Assembly (NCBI GenBank): GCA_038087875.1
Contig: CM075995.1
Coordinates: 11,224,001 to 11,288,000, forward strand
DNA from: Malacoraja senta
Lineage: Eukaryota
Reading direction: 5' to 3'
DNA length: 64,000 nt
Part shown: positions 62,781 through 64,000 of the stretch, piece after piece
How the letters are laid out: each line of letters begins with the position of its first letter
How positions within the stretch are numbered: position 1 is the stretch's first letter
Program-made: the position numbers and the translations under genes
Notes under the pieces: model-generated
What the model saw: only the letters and a program-made list of their open reading frames with translations
Told to the model about the DNA's origin: nothing
Database searches by the model: none

Positions 62781-64000
62781 ATGTAGATTGAAGTCACCCA
62801 TCATAACTGTTTTGCCTTTGTTGCACGCATTTCTAATTTCCTGTTTGATGCCATCCCCAACTTCACTACTACTGCTAGGTGGCCTGTACACAACACCCAC
62901 CAGCGTTTTCTGCCCCTTAGTGTTTCGCAGCTCTACCCATACCGATTCCACATCCTCCAAGCTAATGTCCTTCCTTTCCACTGCGTTAATCGCCTCTCTA
63001 ACCAGCAACGCTACCCCACCTCCTTTTCCTTTCTCTCTACCCCTCCTGAATATTGAATATCCCTGGATGTTCAGCTCCCAGCCTTGGTTACCCTGGAGCC
63101 ATGTCTCCGTGATCCCAACTATATCATAGTCATTAATAGCTATCAGCACATTCAACTCATCCACTTTATTACAAATGCTCCTTGCATTGAGACACAAAGC
63201 CTTCAGGCTTGTTTTTACAACACTCTTACCCCTTATACAATTATGTTGAAATGTGGCCCTTTTTGATTTTTGCCCTGGATTTGTCTGCCTGCCGCTTTTA
63301 CTTCTCACCTTGCTACCTATTGCTTCCGCCCGCATTTTACACCCCTCTGTTTCTCTGCTCACCCATTTAAGAACCCCACCACCTCTTATTCTCTGTTTAT
63401 TATTGTTTTCTTCTTTCCCCCCTACATGTTGGGTCTGAGTGCTTTCCTTCTCTGCCTCCTGCCTCACACACTGTCTAATAGCTTTCTCTATTTGAGTCCC
63501 TCCCCCCAACCATTCTAGTTTAAAGTCTCCCCAGTAGCCTTTGCAGATCTCCCCGCCAGGATATCGGTCCCCCTCAGGTTCAAGTGCAACCCATCCTTTT
63601 TGTACAGGTCGCACCTTCCACAAAAGAGGTCCCAATGATCCAGAAATTTGAATCCCTGCCCTCTGCACCAGTCCTTCAGCCACGCATTTATCCTCCACCT
63701 CGCTCCATTCCTACTCTCACTGTTGCGTGGCACAGGCAGTAATCCCGAGATTGTTAACTTTGCGGTCCTTCTCTTTAACTCCCCTCCTAACTCCCTAAAT
63801 TCTCCTTTCAGGACATCTTCTCTTTTTTTACCTATGTCATTGGTACCTATATGTACCACGACCTCGGGCTCCTCTCCCTGCCCTTTCAGGATATCTTGGA
63901 CACGTTGAGACACATCACAGACCCTGGCACCAGGGAGGCAAACTACCATCCGGGTCTCCCGACTGCGTCCACAGAATCGCCTGTCTGACCCCCTAACTAT

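Larger units (their letters stand above)
53257..64000 (-). mobile_element. Near full-length CR1 (CR1b), split by ERV-B and L2; continues past the window end
   Basis: 3' end 53257-53903, RT 60424-61800, endonuclease 61820-62109 and 62781-63300, ORF1 esterase 63515-63949. Confidence 0.93.

Overview
Repeat-dense vertebrate genomic DNA, most likely a cartilaginous fish such as a skate or ray. This is inferred from the CR1/HER1-type LINEs with (CTATGTTT)n tails, HE1/V-SINEs and Penelope elements. 1-24.4 kb holds a minus-strand, intron-containing TONSL-like gene. I can splice five exons in frame from a CpG-island start codon into the TONSL-type ankyrin (H4K20me0-reader) domain. It has no TPR N-terminus, a candidate early terminal exon, and two C-terminal LRR exons beyond a 200-N assembly gap. 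Its introns contain nested CR1s, a Tx1-like LINE, Penelope, SINEs and a solo LTR. 35.8-64 kb is a multi-layer nest. A decayed minus-strand fish-type class I provirus (ERV-A) is interrupted by CR1, L1 and Penelope insertions and carries a 3-kb tandem duplication made by recombination between two CR1 copies. Inside the last CR1 sits a very young 6.5-kb non-autonomous LTR element (ERV-B; LTRs 545/546 identical by eye). Its interior is a C-depleted patchwork of ERV-A-family gag/integrase pieces and a CR1 RT fragment, followed by an anchorless env ORF. All calls are by eye from sequence and ORF translations; no database search was run, and boundaries of old repeats are approximate.
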